From positions 14,818,001-14,882,000 of the forward strand of contig NC_043009.1 of the NCBI RefSeq assembly GCF_006345805.1: a stretch of 64,000 bases of DNA, given 5' to 3'. The translations under genes were made by a program, and so were the position numbers. Of this stretch, positions 53,100-64,000 are shown one piece after another. Source of the DNA: Octopus sinensis (taxonomy: Eukaryota). The stretch's first letter is position 1; the number at the start of each line of letters is the position of its first letter. The notes beneath the pieces were generated by a model. The model saw only the letters and a list, made by a program, of their open reading frames with translations. It ran no database searches and was not told where the DNA came from.

Positions 53100-53250
53100 A
53101 AGGCGGAGAGGTCGACATTGCCTTTCATCCATTCGGGGTCAATAAATAAAGTACCAGTTTTGCACTGGGGTCGATGTAATCGACTTAATCTCTTTGTCTG
53201 TCCTTGTTTGTCCACTCTTTGTTTAGCCCCTTTTGGGTAGTAAAGAAATA
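53100..53250 (+). mobile_element. SINE family B, internally deleted
   Basis: GGCGG joined directly to AGAGGTCGACATTGCCTTTCATCCATTCGGGGTC...GGGTAGTAAAGAAATA. Confidence 0.8.
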
Positions 53251-54299
53251 TATAATGTTACTTTGTAAATTAAAATCAAATAACTTTTAATATTCAAATT
53301 TTATCCTTAGCTGCAATATTTTAAGTAAAACTTTTCTTGTTCTGTACTTTACCAGATGTAATAAATTGTCCTTATCTTTTCCATATGTAATGACTTGTCC
53401 TGTAATTTTTCAGGTTTATAATGTTAAGAATATTACTTTTCTTGCTCACATTTTTCTCTGTAATCCATGTTTGTTTTTGCAGGCTATGTTATTATGCTAA
53501 GTAATAATGTGACAAATGTGTCAATTAGCGGTGTCCTTGATAATTTTATCCTTACCTTAATGATACCGGTAGCATATATTAAAAGTCCTCTTATTCATAA
53601 AAATATATAGAACGATATTATCACCCTCAAATTTGAGAAACAAACACTCATAACTTTTAAAATGTAACTGCATGAGATTGGAACCATGAAATCCCCAGAA
53701 GTGACCTCTATCTTTAAAGCTAAATTAAAATATAGTTTGTTTTCAAAATAGAAAAGTTAATTATACTTAAAATCATTTTTCTCGCTATATTTTTTCGTGA
53801 TATTTTACCTCACAACTTTTTGATACAAATTTTTTGTTGCATGGAAGCAAATCTAAGTAATTCTTCATGATTTCTACTATGATTGAAGCTGAGATAAATA
53901 TATTTAGCTTTAAAAAAAGTTATTTGGATATAAACTTTATTGGTGGCGTGATTTATTCTCCTATAACGTCGCTACAAATTTTGATGTAAACTTTTTTCTA
54001 CTGGATCAAATCAGTCCCCTCAAAACTCTTAACAGTGTTCCATTTGATTAAGAACTGAATTAGCAACAAGCTCTGAAGATACTGCGTGTGAGTAAATTGC
54101 GCCCTTATGAATATTATTCAACTATTACCGTAGATGAATTAATCATACATACACACATACATATACACATACATACAGGTAACTAAATATATGTATTATT
54201 TTATATTATTTGCAATCAAGAAAGTGGACAGCGTTTCCAATAAAAAGAAAACGAGCAATTTGTTACTGAGCTTGACAAAAAGAGATTCCACTATCCTCT

Positions 54300-54760
54300 A
54301 CAAGCATTTATGTCTGACCATAAACTTTAGGATGATATGAAAGTTTGAGTAGAATATTTCTTTCTTATCCGTTAGTTATTGATGATGCGCCGATCGTAAT
54401 AAAATAAGAACACATAATGCAACACAAAGCGAACTCTTATGCAGCAAGACAACGCAAGAGCCCACACGGCTCGAGCGACTCTGAAAGGATCATGAAAGAA
54501 TCGAACTGATATCACACCGAGCATATAGTCCGGACATATAGCTCCGTTCGATTATTACTTGTTCGGTTCCATGACTCAATTGCTGCGCTCACGACGCTTC
54601 ATGAATGGGGACGGCTGCTTCAGGGACTGTTATCAGCGTCTCATCACGGAAATGGAAGAATGGTGGCTTTCGACAGTGCACACGATGGCTTCCACTATGA
54701 ATACTAGGCTGCTGTTGTTGTAACTTCACGAACATAGCAAATAAATTACCAAAATATTTC
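54300..54760 (+). mobile_element. Mariner transposase C-terminal remnant
   Basis: LLMQQDNARAHTARAT..H.AYSPD..AP.DYYLFGSM..LR.RRF, frameshifted. Confidence 0.7.
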
Positions 54761-54961
54761 AAAATATATACTCAACGCTATATTTTGATAACTGTTTATC
54801 TGCTCTTCATTTGACTAAATATTCTGTGGAAACATGGAACAAGTTAATCGCTGCGCATACTAGGAACAGGGGATGAGATCTAAGAGAAGTTGAAAATGAC
54901 TTCTATTCATTTAGGCCTTAGTTGGTCAGCTGAGATAATGTAGATTAATATTGCCAAGTTT

Positions 54962-55196
54962 ATACCTATTTCTTTATTACCCACAAGGTGATAAACACAG
55001 AGGGGACAAACAAGGACAGACATAGGTATTAAGTTGATTACATCGACCTCAGTTCGTAACTGGTACTTAATTTATCGACCCAGAAATGATGCAAGGCAAA
55101 GTCGACCTCGGCGGAATTTGAACTCACAACGTAACGCAGACGAAATACCGCTAAGCATTTCGCCCGGCGTGCTAACGTTTCTGCCAGCTTACTGCT
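54962..55196 (-). mobile_element. SINE family B, full-length monomer
   Basis: Reverse complement of GCAGTAAGCTGGCAGAAACGTTAGCACGCCGGGCGAAATGCTTAGCGGTATTTCGTCTGCG...GAGTTCAAATTCCGCCGAGGTCGACTTTGCC...AAAGAAATAGGTATA. Confidence 0.9.
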
Positions 55197-55811
55197 GCCA
55201 AGGTTATACCAACGATTTCATTCATTTCTAGGCGCCAAATTACAACTAGATGATTGCATGATGTTTGCGCTACATCCAACACAGGCGACGGCAAGTTGCT
55301 GCCTGCGACATCTCTTCTTTGTAATGGGTGCCACACAGAGTGTGGCAGAACATTGGAATAAGCAATCAACTCACTTTTCGTATAGTGGAGCCGGAACAAC
55401 TCTGCAGCACCAGTATTTACCTACGAGTAAACAAATATGATGGCTTCGGTGCCAGGTTGACCAGCATTTACTTGTTCTGGCCCATTTGAGGTAAGACATT
55501 ATTATTGTTCACTGATATATTTTCCAATCTTGTATGTAATAGATTTGTGACTATTCGGTGGTACTGACGTATTTTTTTTACTTCTATCATTAGCGATATA
55601 GGTACTCATGTAGTACCCTTGTGTATATATGTACATATCTAATATTGTATGTATATATTTCATTAATTTACCTGTACGGCTGATAATTTGCTTACCACTT
55701 CTGATGATATTTTAATGATGCCATCCCTATATTTATTTATATATAAGTATGTATGTATATAAACATATATGTATGTATGTATACACACGAACACACACAC
55801 ACATACATACA

Positions 55812-55863
<52 letters not shown>

Positions 55864-56037
55864 CATATATCTTCTCTGCCACGAATTCACGACGACCTCG
55901 AACCAAAAAGAGTATACAAGAGTGACAGAGACAGGTAGAAACACGGAAAATGCAACTTTTATTTTAATACTATGCAAATATTCTTTTAAAATACTTTTCA
56001 TTTAATTTTTCCAAAATTTAATTGTTTTCCATACTTA

Positions 56038-56073
56038 CAGTTGAAAAAGTATCAATGACAGAAGCCGGTACTG
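56038..56073 (+). ncRNA. Decayed second copy of the U3-A8 hammerhead family
   Basis: CAG-TTGAAAA-AGTATCAATGACA-GAAGC-CG-GTA-CTG, followed by the same TTTATAAAATTATTTTA tail as at 50250. Stem II and GAAA are mutated. Confidence 0.55.
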
Positions 56074-57119
56074 GAATGTTTTTTTATAAAATTATTTTAC
56101 CATTATCAACCTTGAGTTTTTTCGTATATACATATATATATATATACATGTCTATACTTCGTTTTGGGATTTGGTTTGCAAGATTCTTTATGTGAGTTCG
56201 TGTGTTGAATCATATTTTGTTTTGTCGAGAGAGCATCATTCTCTTATAGTGCCTTATAATTTAACACACTCACCGGTAAAGTTTCCACTCATTTATTTAT
56301 TTATTTTTCCCAAAGTTTTCGTTGCGTCTTGCAACCTATTCAAAGTCGTTCACGTTGTCCGTTATCCGAGCTGCGTTCTTTTGTCTGTTTGTGCACGTGT
56401 GAGGGTCAGTGTGCGTGCGCATACACATGAATGTCTGTATATATGTATGCATGTATGTGTGTATGCATGTATGTGTATGTGCGTATGTATATATATGTGT
56501 ACGTTTGTATGTATGTGTTCTGCATATATATGTGTTTGTGTTTTTCGTGTGTGTTCTTGTGTTTGCCTCTGTGTGTGTGTACCTCTGTATGTCGCCTTGC
56601 GTGTGCATGTCTGTGTATGTCAGTGTACGGGATATTTAGACTATGCACTGTATCAGCATGTATGGATGCATGTCTCTATATGTGTCCCTGTGTGAATTGA
56701 AATGTGTGTGTATATGGCCATGTGTTTCAGTCTTCATTTGCGTATGTATGTGTACATGTGTGCTTGTCTGTTCATATTTCCCATATTTCCCATCAGTCTG
56801 TATGTCTCTGTGTTACATTCATATCCATTTGCCTACATACATGGATATATAATATACGTATACATACACACACATACATACATCTATCTGACAGCCCACT
56901 AACTATTCTACATGTATGTAAATATAAACTGTGGGAATGGGGGTATGATTACCTATTGCGTTTATTTTCTATTTAAAACTGGAGATGTTTCCTTTATGAA
57001 AACGTCGTCCTGTATTTTCTGAGTGTAGGGTCTTTTGGGTGCTTGGATAAAATGCGGATGTCAATGTGACCCAGGTTGCCCCATGTTGGTCCTTGGCATT
57101 TTTGTATCATATAGAGGGA

Positions 57120-57506
57120 GGCCAAATTCTCTTGCAAGCCAATGATCGACCACATCTTGCACAAAGAACGCTACACAAGTTACAGGGACTGAACTTGGAA
57201 GTTCTCTGTCATCTACCATATTCACCAGACATTGCACAAACTGACTAACAGGATTTTCTAGCATTAGACAACTTTTTGCAAGGAAAAAACTTCAAATCTG
57301 AAGATGTTAAAACAGCCTTTCATGGTTTCATTACCTCTTGCTCTCCAGAATTCCTCGCTGCCGGCATAATTAAGCTACCAATACAATAACAAAATTGTGT
57401 TCATAATTTAGGTGCAGACTTTGATCAAGTGGATTGCTTTTAGGTGATATAGAGTAAAATATACTTTCAGTTCAAAATCGAGAGTTACATTCTGAATTAC
57501 CTGATA
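57120..57506 (+). mobile_element. Mariner (D,D34D) 3' fragment
   Basis: ILLQANDRPHLAQRTLHKL..LEVLCHLPYSPDIA.TD..LDNFLQGK.F..GIIKL..CV..G.DFD and a 3' TIR-like end TTACATTCTGAATTACCTGATA. Confidence 0.8.
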
Positions 57507-57689
57507 CAAATACTTGTTGAAGTTGTTGAAATTCCACTTGAGAAAAAACTCGGATCTAGGTTAGAAACCTGTTCTTTTTCTATTGGCAAATGATTTTGAA
57601 ATAAAACTGAATAACATAAATACCCACATCCATATCACGTACACATACATAGTGATCGATGTTTGCACGTAAAAATTATACACTTCTTT

Positions 57690-58010
57690 TCGTACCTTTA
57701 TCTTGCCTTGGTTTGTAGTTGGGGCTTTTCACATGCGCCTTCAATGTTCTTGTATCCCAACCAAGCTTGTCTGCTAATTCTCCCACATATGTCTTCTGCG
57801 AGACCTGCAACATTCCGCGTCTTCTCCATAACTGTCAGTTGTCATTTCAGGGGCATTTTCCTAAATCCTGCAATAAAGTGTGACACAGTTGAAAGCACTT
57901 CGAAAAACGTAACTCAGCATAACATTGTATGTAGAATATCAATATGAATGAAATGTTCACTGCGTTCGTACCTCTACATAGGACCTTTCAGTGGACCAAG
58001 TTTCACGCTA
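57690..58010 (-). mobile_element. Possible Tc1-like 5' fragment
   Basis: A decayed MPLK.QLTVMEK..AGL..GRISRQ start resembles a Tc1 N-terminal HTH. Confidence 0.35.
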
Positions 58011-58882
58011 GTACACTCTTTAATATGTTTAATATTCAAAATATCAAGAAAAATTTGACCTACAATAAAGTTTATATATGTATATATATGTATGTATATA
58101 TATATATATATATAATATATATATATATGTATATGTGTATGTGTGTGTATGTATATATATGTATGTATGTATGTATATATATATATATATGAATAGGAAA
58201 TAGAAATATACGATTGTCAATTCAAAAATTAAAATTTATTAATATAATATTATATCATATTCTTATAATAATATAATATAATATAATAAATAATAAATAT
58301 TAAATACAAATTACATAGAATGTTTTCAATTCTTAACCAGAATAAAATTATAAAAATCCATTTTTTTGTGAGTAAGAATCTCTTTGATATATGAGCATGC
58401 ACAGATCCAAGAGAAGACTCAATTTAAATATATTTGTTTTCAACCGTGAGCGACAATAAAACAAAACAAAGATTTTAAAATAAAATATAAAGTAATATAA
58501 CTGTCGTAAAATATATCTGTATACTATTAAGTATTTTAATCAAAATATATCTTAGTGCACTATTTTCTTAAAAATGCCTGGACCAATATTTAGAAAAAAA
58601 ACATTTTAAGAAATATTTTAAAAACATAATGTCGAAATAAAAATATCCCTGTCATATTTTAATATTATTAAGAGACATGTTATTAAAATAACATTACGCT
58701 ATTTATCTATAGGTAAATAGCAAAATGATATATTTAAAATAATTTATTATCTCTAGTCAAATAGCAAATAATATTATAAATTACAAGTGTAGAGGAAACA
58801 CACTCACACACACAGGGTAATTTTTATAATATATCATATTGATATCCGTTAACTCATTTTTGTTATATCTACAGCCCGCCAA

Positions 58883-59359
58883 ATGGAGTCTCAAGAGAGA
58901 AGGGAGATGAGACTATCACAAGAGCAGCAGAGGCATGCTGCATTACGACAAATGAAGCCTCAAGACAGAAGCGAGATGAGAATTTCTCAAGATCAGGAAA
59001 TGCATGATGCAGTACGTCAAAATGCAGTCTCTAGACATAAGCGACTTGACACTTTCTCAAGATCAACAAGTGCATGCTGCAGCATGTCAGATGGAATCTC
59101 AATACAGAAGGGAGATGAGACTTACCTAAAATTTCCCAATGAATCTAGCAACATGCGCTGCTCAGGTGGTAAGGTAAGATTACCAGCACTACAAGCTCCT
59201 CCTCAAACTCTTATTGATCTTCAAGAAGCCACTTCCGTACAATCAAAGGATTGTCTGAACAATATCAGACAATATACATCTGCATTTCAAGGGCAAGTCT
59301 GTCACCTAATTTCTTCCCTGTTCCCCGCAAATGAAAAACTACGCTTCCTTCAAATTTAG
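58883..59359 (+). pseudogene. Helitron Rep/helicase N-terminal fragment with 69-nt tandem repeats
   Basis: MRCSGGKVRLPALQAPPQTL..LNNIRQYTSAFQ|GQVCHLISSL.P..RFLQI matches the Helitron helicase-like N-terminal region, with an internal deletion. It is preceded by 3.5 MESQ.RREMRLSQ repeats. Confidence 0.82.
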
Positions 59360-59673
59360 TCCGTGAGTTATTTAGGAAGAGCATGCCCGAAGAAGGTATC
59401 TAAATTTCAGACGATGAGTCGTGTTAGGCGCAGTGCCTACTGGCGCAAAGGGGGGCACATCCACTGACAGCTTTTCAGCGCGTTCAGAAATCACATAGCC
59501 CCCTCCTCCCACCAATTTTCAAGACAACTTAGAACCTGTATATACTCCAAACAGAGGAATGAAATGTCGCTTAGTCCAATTAGACCATCATTTACGCCAG
59601 AAAAGTTTTGTCGTCAATGCTGCACATTCCCTATCACCTGTCACAATATAACTGTAAATATATATATATATAT

Positions 59674-59767
<94 letters not shown>

Positions 59768-59769
<2 letters not shown>

Positions 59770-60002
59770 CGTAGGAGTGGCTGTGTGGTAAGTAGCTTGC
59801 TTACGAACCACAGGGTTTCGGGTTCAGTCCCACTGCGTGGCCCTTGGCTAATGTTCTTCTACTATAGCCTCGGGCCGACCAAAGCCTTGTGAGTAGATAT
59901 GGTAGACGGAAACTGAAAGAAGCCCAGGTGCACGCAGTGGAACTGAACCCGGAACCCTGTGGTTTGTAAGCAAGCTACTTACCACAAAGCCACTCCTACG
60001 CC
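59768..60002. mobile_element. Two SINE family A heads in inverted, inward-facing orientation within (TA)n
   Basis: + copy 59768-59925 and - copy 59926-60002. The 72-bp arms pair with 4 mismatches. Confidence 0.9.
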
Positions 60003-60077
<75 letters not shown>

Positions 60078-60289
60078 ATATATATATATATATATATATA
60101 TTACATTTATGTTGTAACAGGTGATACGGGAATGTGAAGCATTGACGACAAACTATCCATTTTAATCCCGAGCAACATTGGGTGTCTCAGCTAGGACATG
60201 TTATATATAAGTGTGTTTGTATGTATGTATGTATGTATGTATGTATGTATTATGTATGTATGTATATATATAGGGAGAATTCACAAAAA

Positions 60290-60480
60290 CAAAAGACGAA
60301 GACAGATAGTGTAGAAAACAAACAGATGTACTAGTATAAAGCTCAGGAATTGAAAAAGTATTTAACGTTTCGAGCCTAAGCTCTTCCACAGAAAGGAACA
60401 CAAAGAAAGAAGGAGAGAAACAAGGAGAGAAAATATGTGTGTAGTGGCTAGCGATCTATTACGGGGGCGAATGTATATAA
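60290..60480 (-). mobile_element. PLE-type terminal repeat with a hammerhead-like remnant (CTGTGGA core)
   Basis: Minus strand CTGTGGA-A-GAGC(TTAG)GCTC-GAAAC-GT-T. Shares GATAGATCGCTAGCCACTACAC with about 42375-42420. Confidence 0.5.
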
Positions 60481-60516
60481 TATATATATATATATAATAT
60501 ATATCTATATATATAT

Positions 60517-60562
<46 letters not shown>

Positions 60563-61230
60563 ATATTGTTCGAAAAATATTTTGCAGAATTGTTTGGCAG
60601 TGCTCATGTCGAACCCGAGATGCTGGACATTATATGACTTGGTTTAAGAAGTACATTCTCTCTCCCATCATCCTACACAAGAAATTGTTTTTCCTATATA
60701 AACGTGAATGACGTAAACGTGGTCTGTATCTGATAGAGTAGCCGACGACCAACATAATCTAACCTAATTTTTTTTCTTTCTCTCACATTCTTCAAACTTA
60801 ATTATCTATTTCCTTACTCCTGATGAAGGAGACATTGTCAGTGTGAAACTAAAGGATTCATACCCTGTAGACTGATGGACTCAAGCAAAGGGCCGTCGAA
60901 ATACCTCTCATATGGTGCTATAACCCTCTATATACCCTTCTTTAGAACTTTTAAATCCATCGTTAAGATTTCTCACTGCCACCGAGGTATCTTGCAACTA
61001 TTAATTGTTAATGCAACGTTTTTAATCTGAAATTTAATATGATTTTTAATCGATATAACATCTTTTATTTCTTTATCCCTTTCACGTATATTTTTTTACC
61101 TCATGTAATTCTTCTTCTATTTTAAATAGTATATTGATATGTTCCTTCTCTTGAGTTATATGTATTTATTATTTTATGTAAATCATAACTATACAATGAT
61201 TATCTACACTTGCCTCTACTTAAACGAAGT

Positions 61231-61263
<33 letters not shown>

Positions 61264-61265
<2 letters not shown>

Positions 61266-62450
61266 TAATAATAATTAAAATAATAATAATAATAAATATT
61301 AGGGAATAAATCCAAATTTACAGGGAAAAAATCAGATTTAGGATTAAATCCAATTTTATAGTAAAATATTATAAAATATTATTAGAGACAAAACCACTAT
61401 TTTGCAAACAACAAGGAAAGACTTAATCAATACATAAAATTTTAATAAATAGTCAAAAAACCGCCACTACAATTGTTTCTTGTCTTGATCGACAATCGTC
61501 AGGTGGACTTCCAATCTAAAATATCGATATTTTAAAATATAAAAATAATAATTTTAAAATAATTAAAGTATTAATGAAAAATATAAATATATAATCCATA
61601 TATAACCTATATATAATCCATATATAATCAATATATAAACAATATATAACTAAAATAAACCTATCAACAATTAAATATAAAATATAAAATATAAAATATA
61701 AAATATAAAATATAAAACAAAACAAAAAATAATAATAATATAATAATAAACTATATATACACCCATACACATATAACTAATTATATATAACCATATCTAA
61801 CTACATACACTAAATCACACACCTATATATATATATCCCTATACATACACATAAAACGTCTAGGCAACTATAAATAAATAAAATAGCTAAATACTTCAAC
61901 ACAATACTTATTCATACTCCCACACACACACATACAACCCACAATCCCGCTCTAGAAACGGACATCATTTAAAATTATGAACGGAGAAATGGAATAAATG
62001 GAATTAAAAATTATATTCACTTGGTAAAACGAACACTACTTAAAAATTATGAATGAAACAATGCAATAAAACAACAGACATCGCAAATAGACACAAATTA
62101 CTACGAATTCCTTTACAAACCTACCATATACATATATATATATACTTGCATATATATTCGGATAAATATTTGTATAAATAAATACATCTATAAAATAAAG
62201 GTAAAAATAATTATTAAATAATTTATAAATTTAAAACCTGCTAACAATAAGAAATAATTACATCTAATATAGAAATATAACGTAACATAATGGAATCTAA
62301 ATAAGCGTTATTATCAGATAATTTTCTCATAATATAATTTGAGATTAATCAATCTTTAGTATTATATTAATGAAATATTGACAATAAAAACATGATTCTA
62401 ATCAATTTACAAGATAATAAAATAATAGTATACTTACATATACATACATA
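61264..62450 (-). mobile_element. AT-rich PLE-type 3' region next to (TA)n
   Basis: Contains a canonical hammerhead, abuts TA/TAA microsatellite and has no recognisable ORF. Boundaries are approximate. Confidence 0.4.
61464..61506 (-). ncRNA. Minimal type I hammerhead motif, canonical core
   Basis: Minus strand CCAC-CTGACGA-TTGTC(GATCAA)GACAA-GAAAC-AATT-GTA-GTGG. All stems are Watson-Crick and stem III is the palindrome ACAATTGT. Confidence 0.82.
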
Positions 62451-62505
62451 CATACACACACATGTATATAAATTATGAATCTAAAACTAGATATATACAT
62501 ATACA

Positions 62506-62542
<37 letters not shown>

Positions 62543-62560
62543 GCATACATGCATGCGTCT

Positions 62561-62597
<37 letters not shown>

Positions 62598-62607
62598 ACA
62601 TATATAT

Positions 62608-62665
<58 letters not shown>

Positions 62666-62666
<1 letters not shown>

Positions 62667-62880
62667 GGACGGTGAGCCGGCAGAATCGTTAGCACATCGG
62701 GTGAAATGCTTAGTGGTATTTCGTCAACCGTTACATACTGAGTTCAAGTTCCCCGAGGTCTGCTTTGCCTTTCATCTTTTCTGGGTCGATTACCGGTTAC
62801 GCACTGGGGTCGATGTAATCGACTTAACTCATTTGTCTGTCCTTGTTAGCCCACTGCATATTTAGCCCCCTGTGGTTAAC
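62666..62880 (+). mobile_element. SINE family B
   Basis: GGACGGTGAGCCGGCAGAATCGTTAGCACATCGGGTGAAATGCTTAG..GAGTTCAAGTTCC..GCCTTTCATC..GGGGTCGATGTAATCGACTTAA. Confidence 0.85.
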
Positions 62881-64000
62881 ATATATATATTTAGCCTAGC
62901 ACAAAAAATAGTCAATAGACTATATATTATTCACATAAAAATATTGTGTACATTAGAACACATTAAGAGGCCTCCAAATAGGAAAGCTTTGTGCTAGAAA
63001 GAGCAGTGGAAAATTCAAACCACTAATTATGGATAAATTCTCGAAAGGATTGAAAATTAAAATCGTTTACTATCTAATTTAGTTCCTAGACCATGGTTTC
63101 TAACTCATCCCAGCAAAAAAATATTCACTGAGGCTAGTGTCGTCAGTAGGAAGCCTTTAGATTTCAAATATACACACAACTAGATTCGCCTATAAACCAT
63201 TTGCCTGTACATCGTAATTTTTCAAAACAACTGCGTCGATGCAGTTTATTTCCGGCGACAGAGAGGATGCCGGTAAAAATTTCGACCAAATCTAGATTTG
63301 TTTTTATTTAGCTGTCTCTGTTTTTGTAGGCTTTTGGCAACAAATAAACTGAGTTGGTGGATTTCCCCTTCATTACATTTTTTAGTGATTTTGATGTACC
63401 GGTCAAAAATAGCGGAGTCTATTTCTAGCTAATGAAATGTTTGCCTCTGTCTCATTGTTAGTCTGCGGTGGGATAAATACCCTTTTCTTGATGGGTACGT
63501 TTGTGGGGTAGATCCTCATCATGTATGATTTGTTGTTGGGGTTATAGAAAACAGATTATAGGATGCAACTGGTGTTACTATCGTTATGGTTATTGTTGCT
63601 AGTGTTGCTGGCATTGTTGCCGCTGGCGGAGGTGCTAGTAGCGTTTATGCTGTGTTCATTGTTATTGTTGTTGTTTTGGTGGATTTTGTTTTTATTGTTG
63701 TGGTTAGTCTTGATGTTGGTGGCGGTGTGGATGATGTAGTTGCTATTGCTGTCTGTGTGTGCGGCGTTGCGGATATTTTTGTCATCGTTGTGACTATCAT
63801 CTCTATAGCTGTTGTTTTGGTTTCGTATATCTGTGTTGTCGTTGTTATAGTTGTTTGTATAAATTTCTTTTTTCTCACAAAAGATTCTTCTACAATAAAG
63901 GTGCGTCTTGTGCGAAAGTGCATCATATACCGAAATATACGTGAGATATTGTGTACCCTATGTATAAATATCAGGTACATAAAAGATGCAGTGGAACCTT

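Noticed and set aside
60815-60905. CTGATGA...GAAAC and CTGATGG...GAAAT in tandem
   Set aside because: Stems I to III cannot be formed adjacent to the cores.
63540-63980. Thr-rich mucin-like ORF on the minus strand
   Set aside because: It derives from a decayed (GTT/GCT)n trinucleotide tract, contains an in-frame stop and has no convincing splice signals.

Overview
AT-rich, microsatellite-saturated eukaryotic DNA, most likely a coleoid cephalopod (Octopus-like). This assignment is an inference from the tRNA-derived SINE families and the dense (TA)n/(CA)n/(TATC)n/(TAA)n load. I could not recognise a host protein-coding gene. Most listed ORFs are either microsatellite read-throughs or decayed transposon proteins: Chapaev3-like, mariner, Tc1, piggyBac, Gypsy, R4/Dong-like RLE LINEs, Penelope-like elements (PLEs) and a Helitron. 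The strongest unexplained signal is a set of minimal type I hammerhead-ribozyme motifs in PLE-type termini, mostly beside (TA)n tracts. Their catalytic core covaries at the tertiary 3:8 pair: C3-G8 at 4781 and 61502, U3-A8 at 50207 and 56041, and A3-U8 at 32750. Two further families carry shared U4C or A6U core variants. The window also has many long inverted repeats: an 832-bp foldback element with an 8-bp TSD and internal TTAGGG repeats, a perfect 117-bp arm pair overlapping a ribozyme, a ~250-bp palindrome and an inward-facing SINE pair. A few candidate exons are reported at low confidence only. All coordinates and folds were read by eye; nothing was searched or computed.
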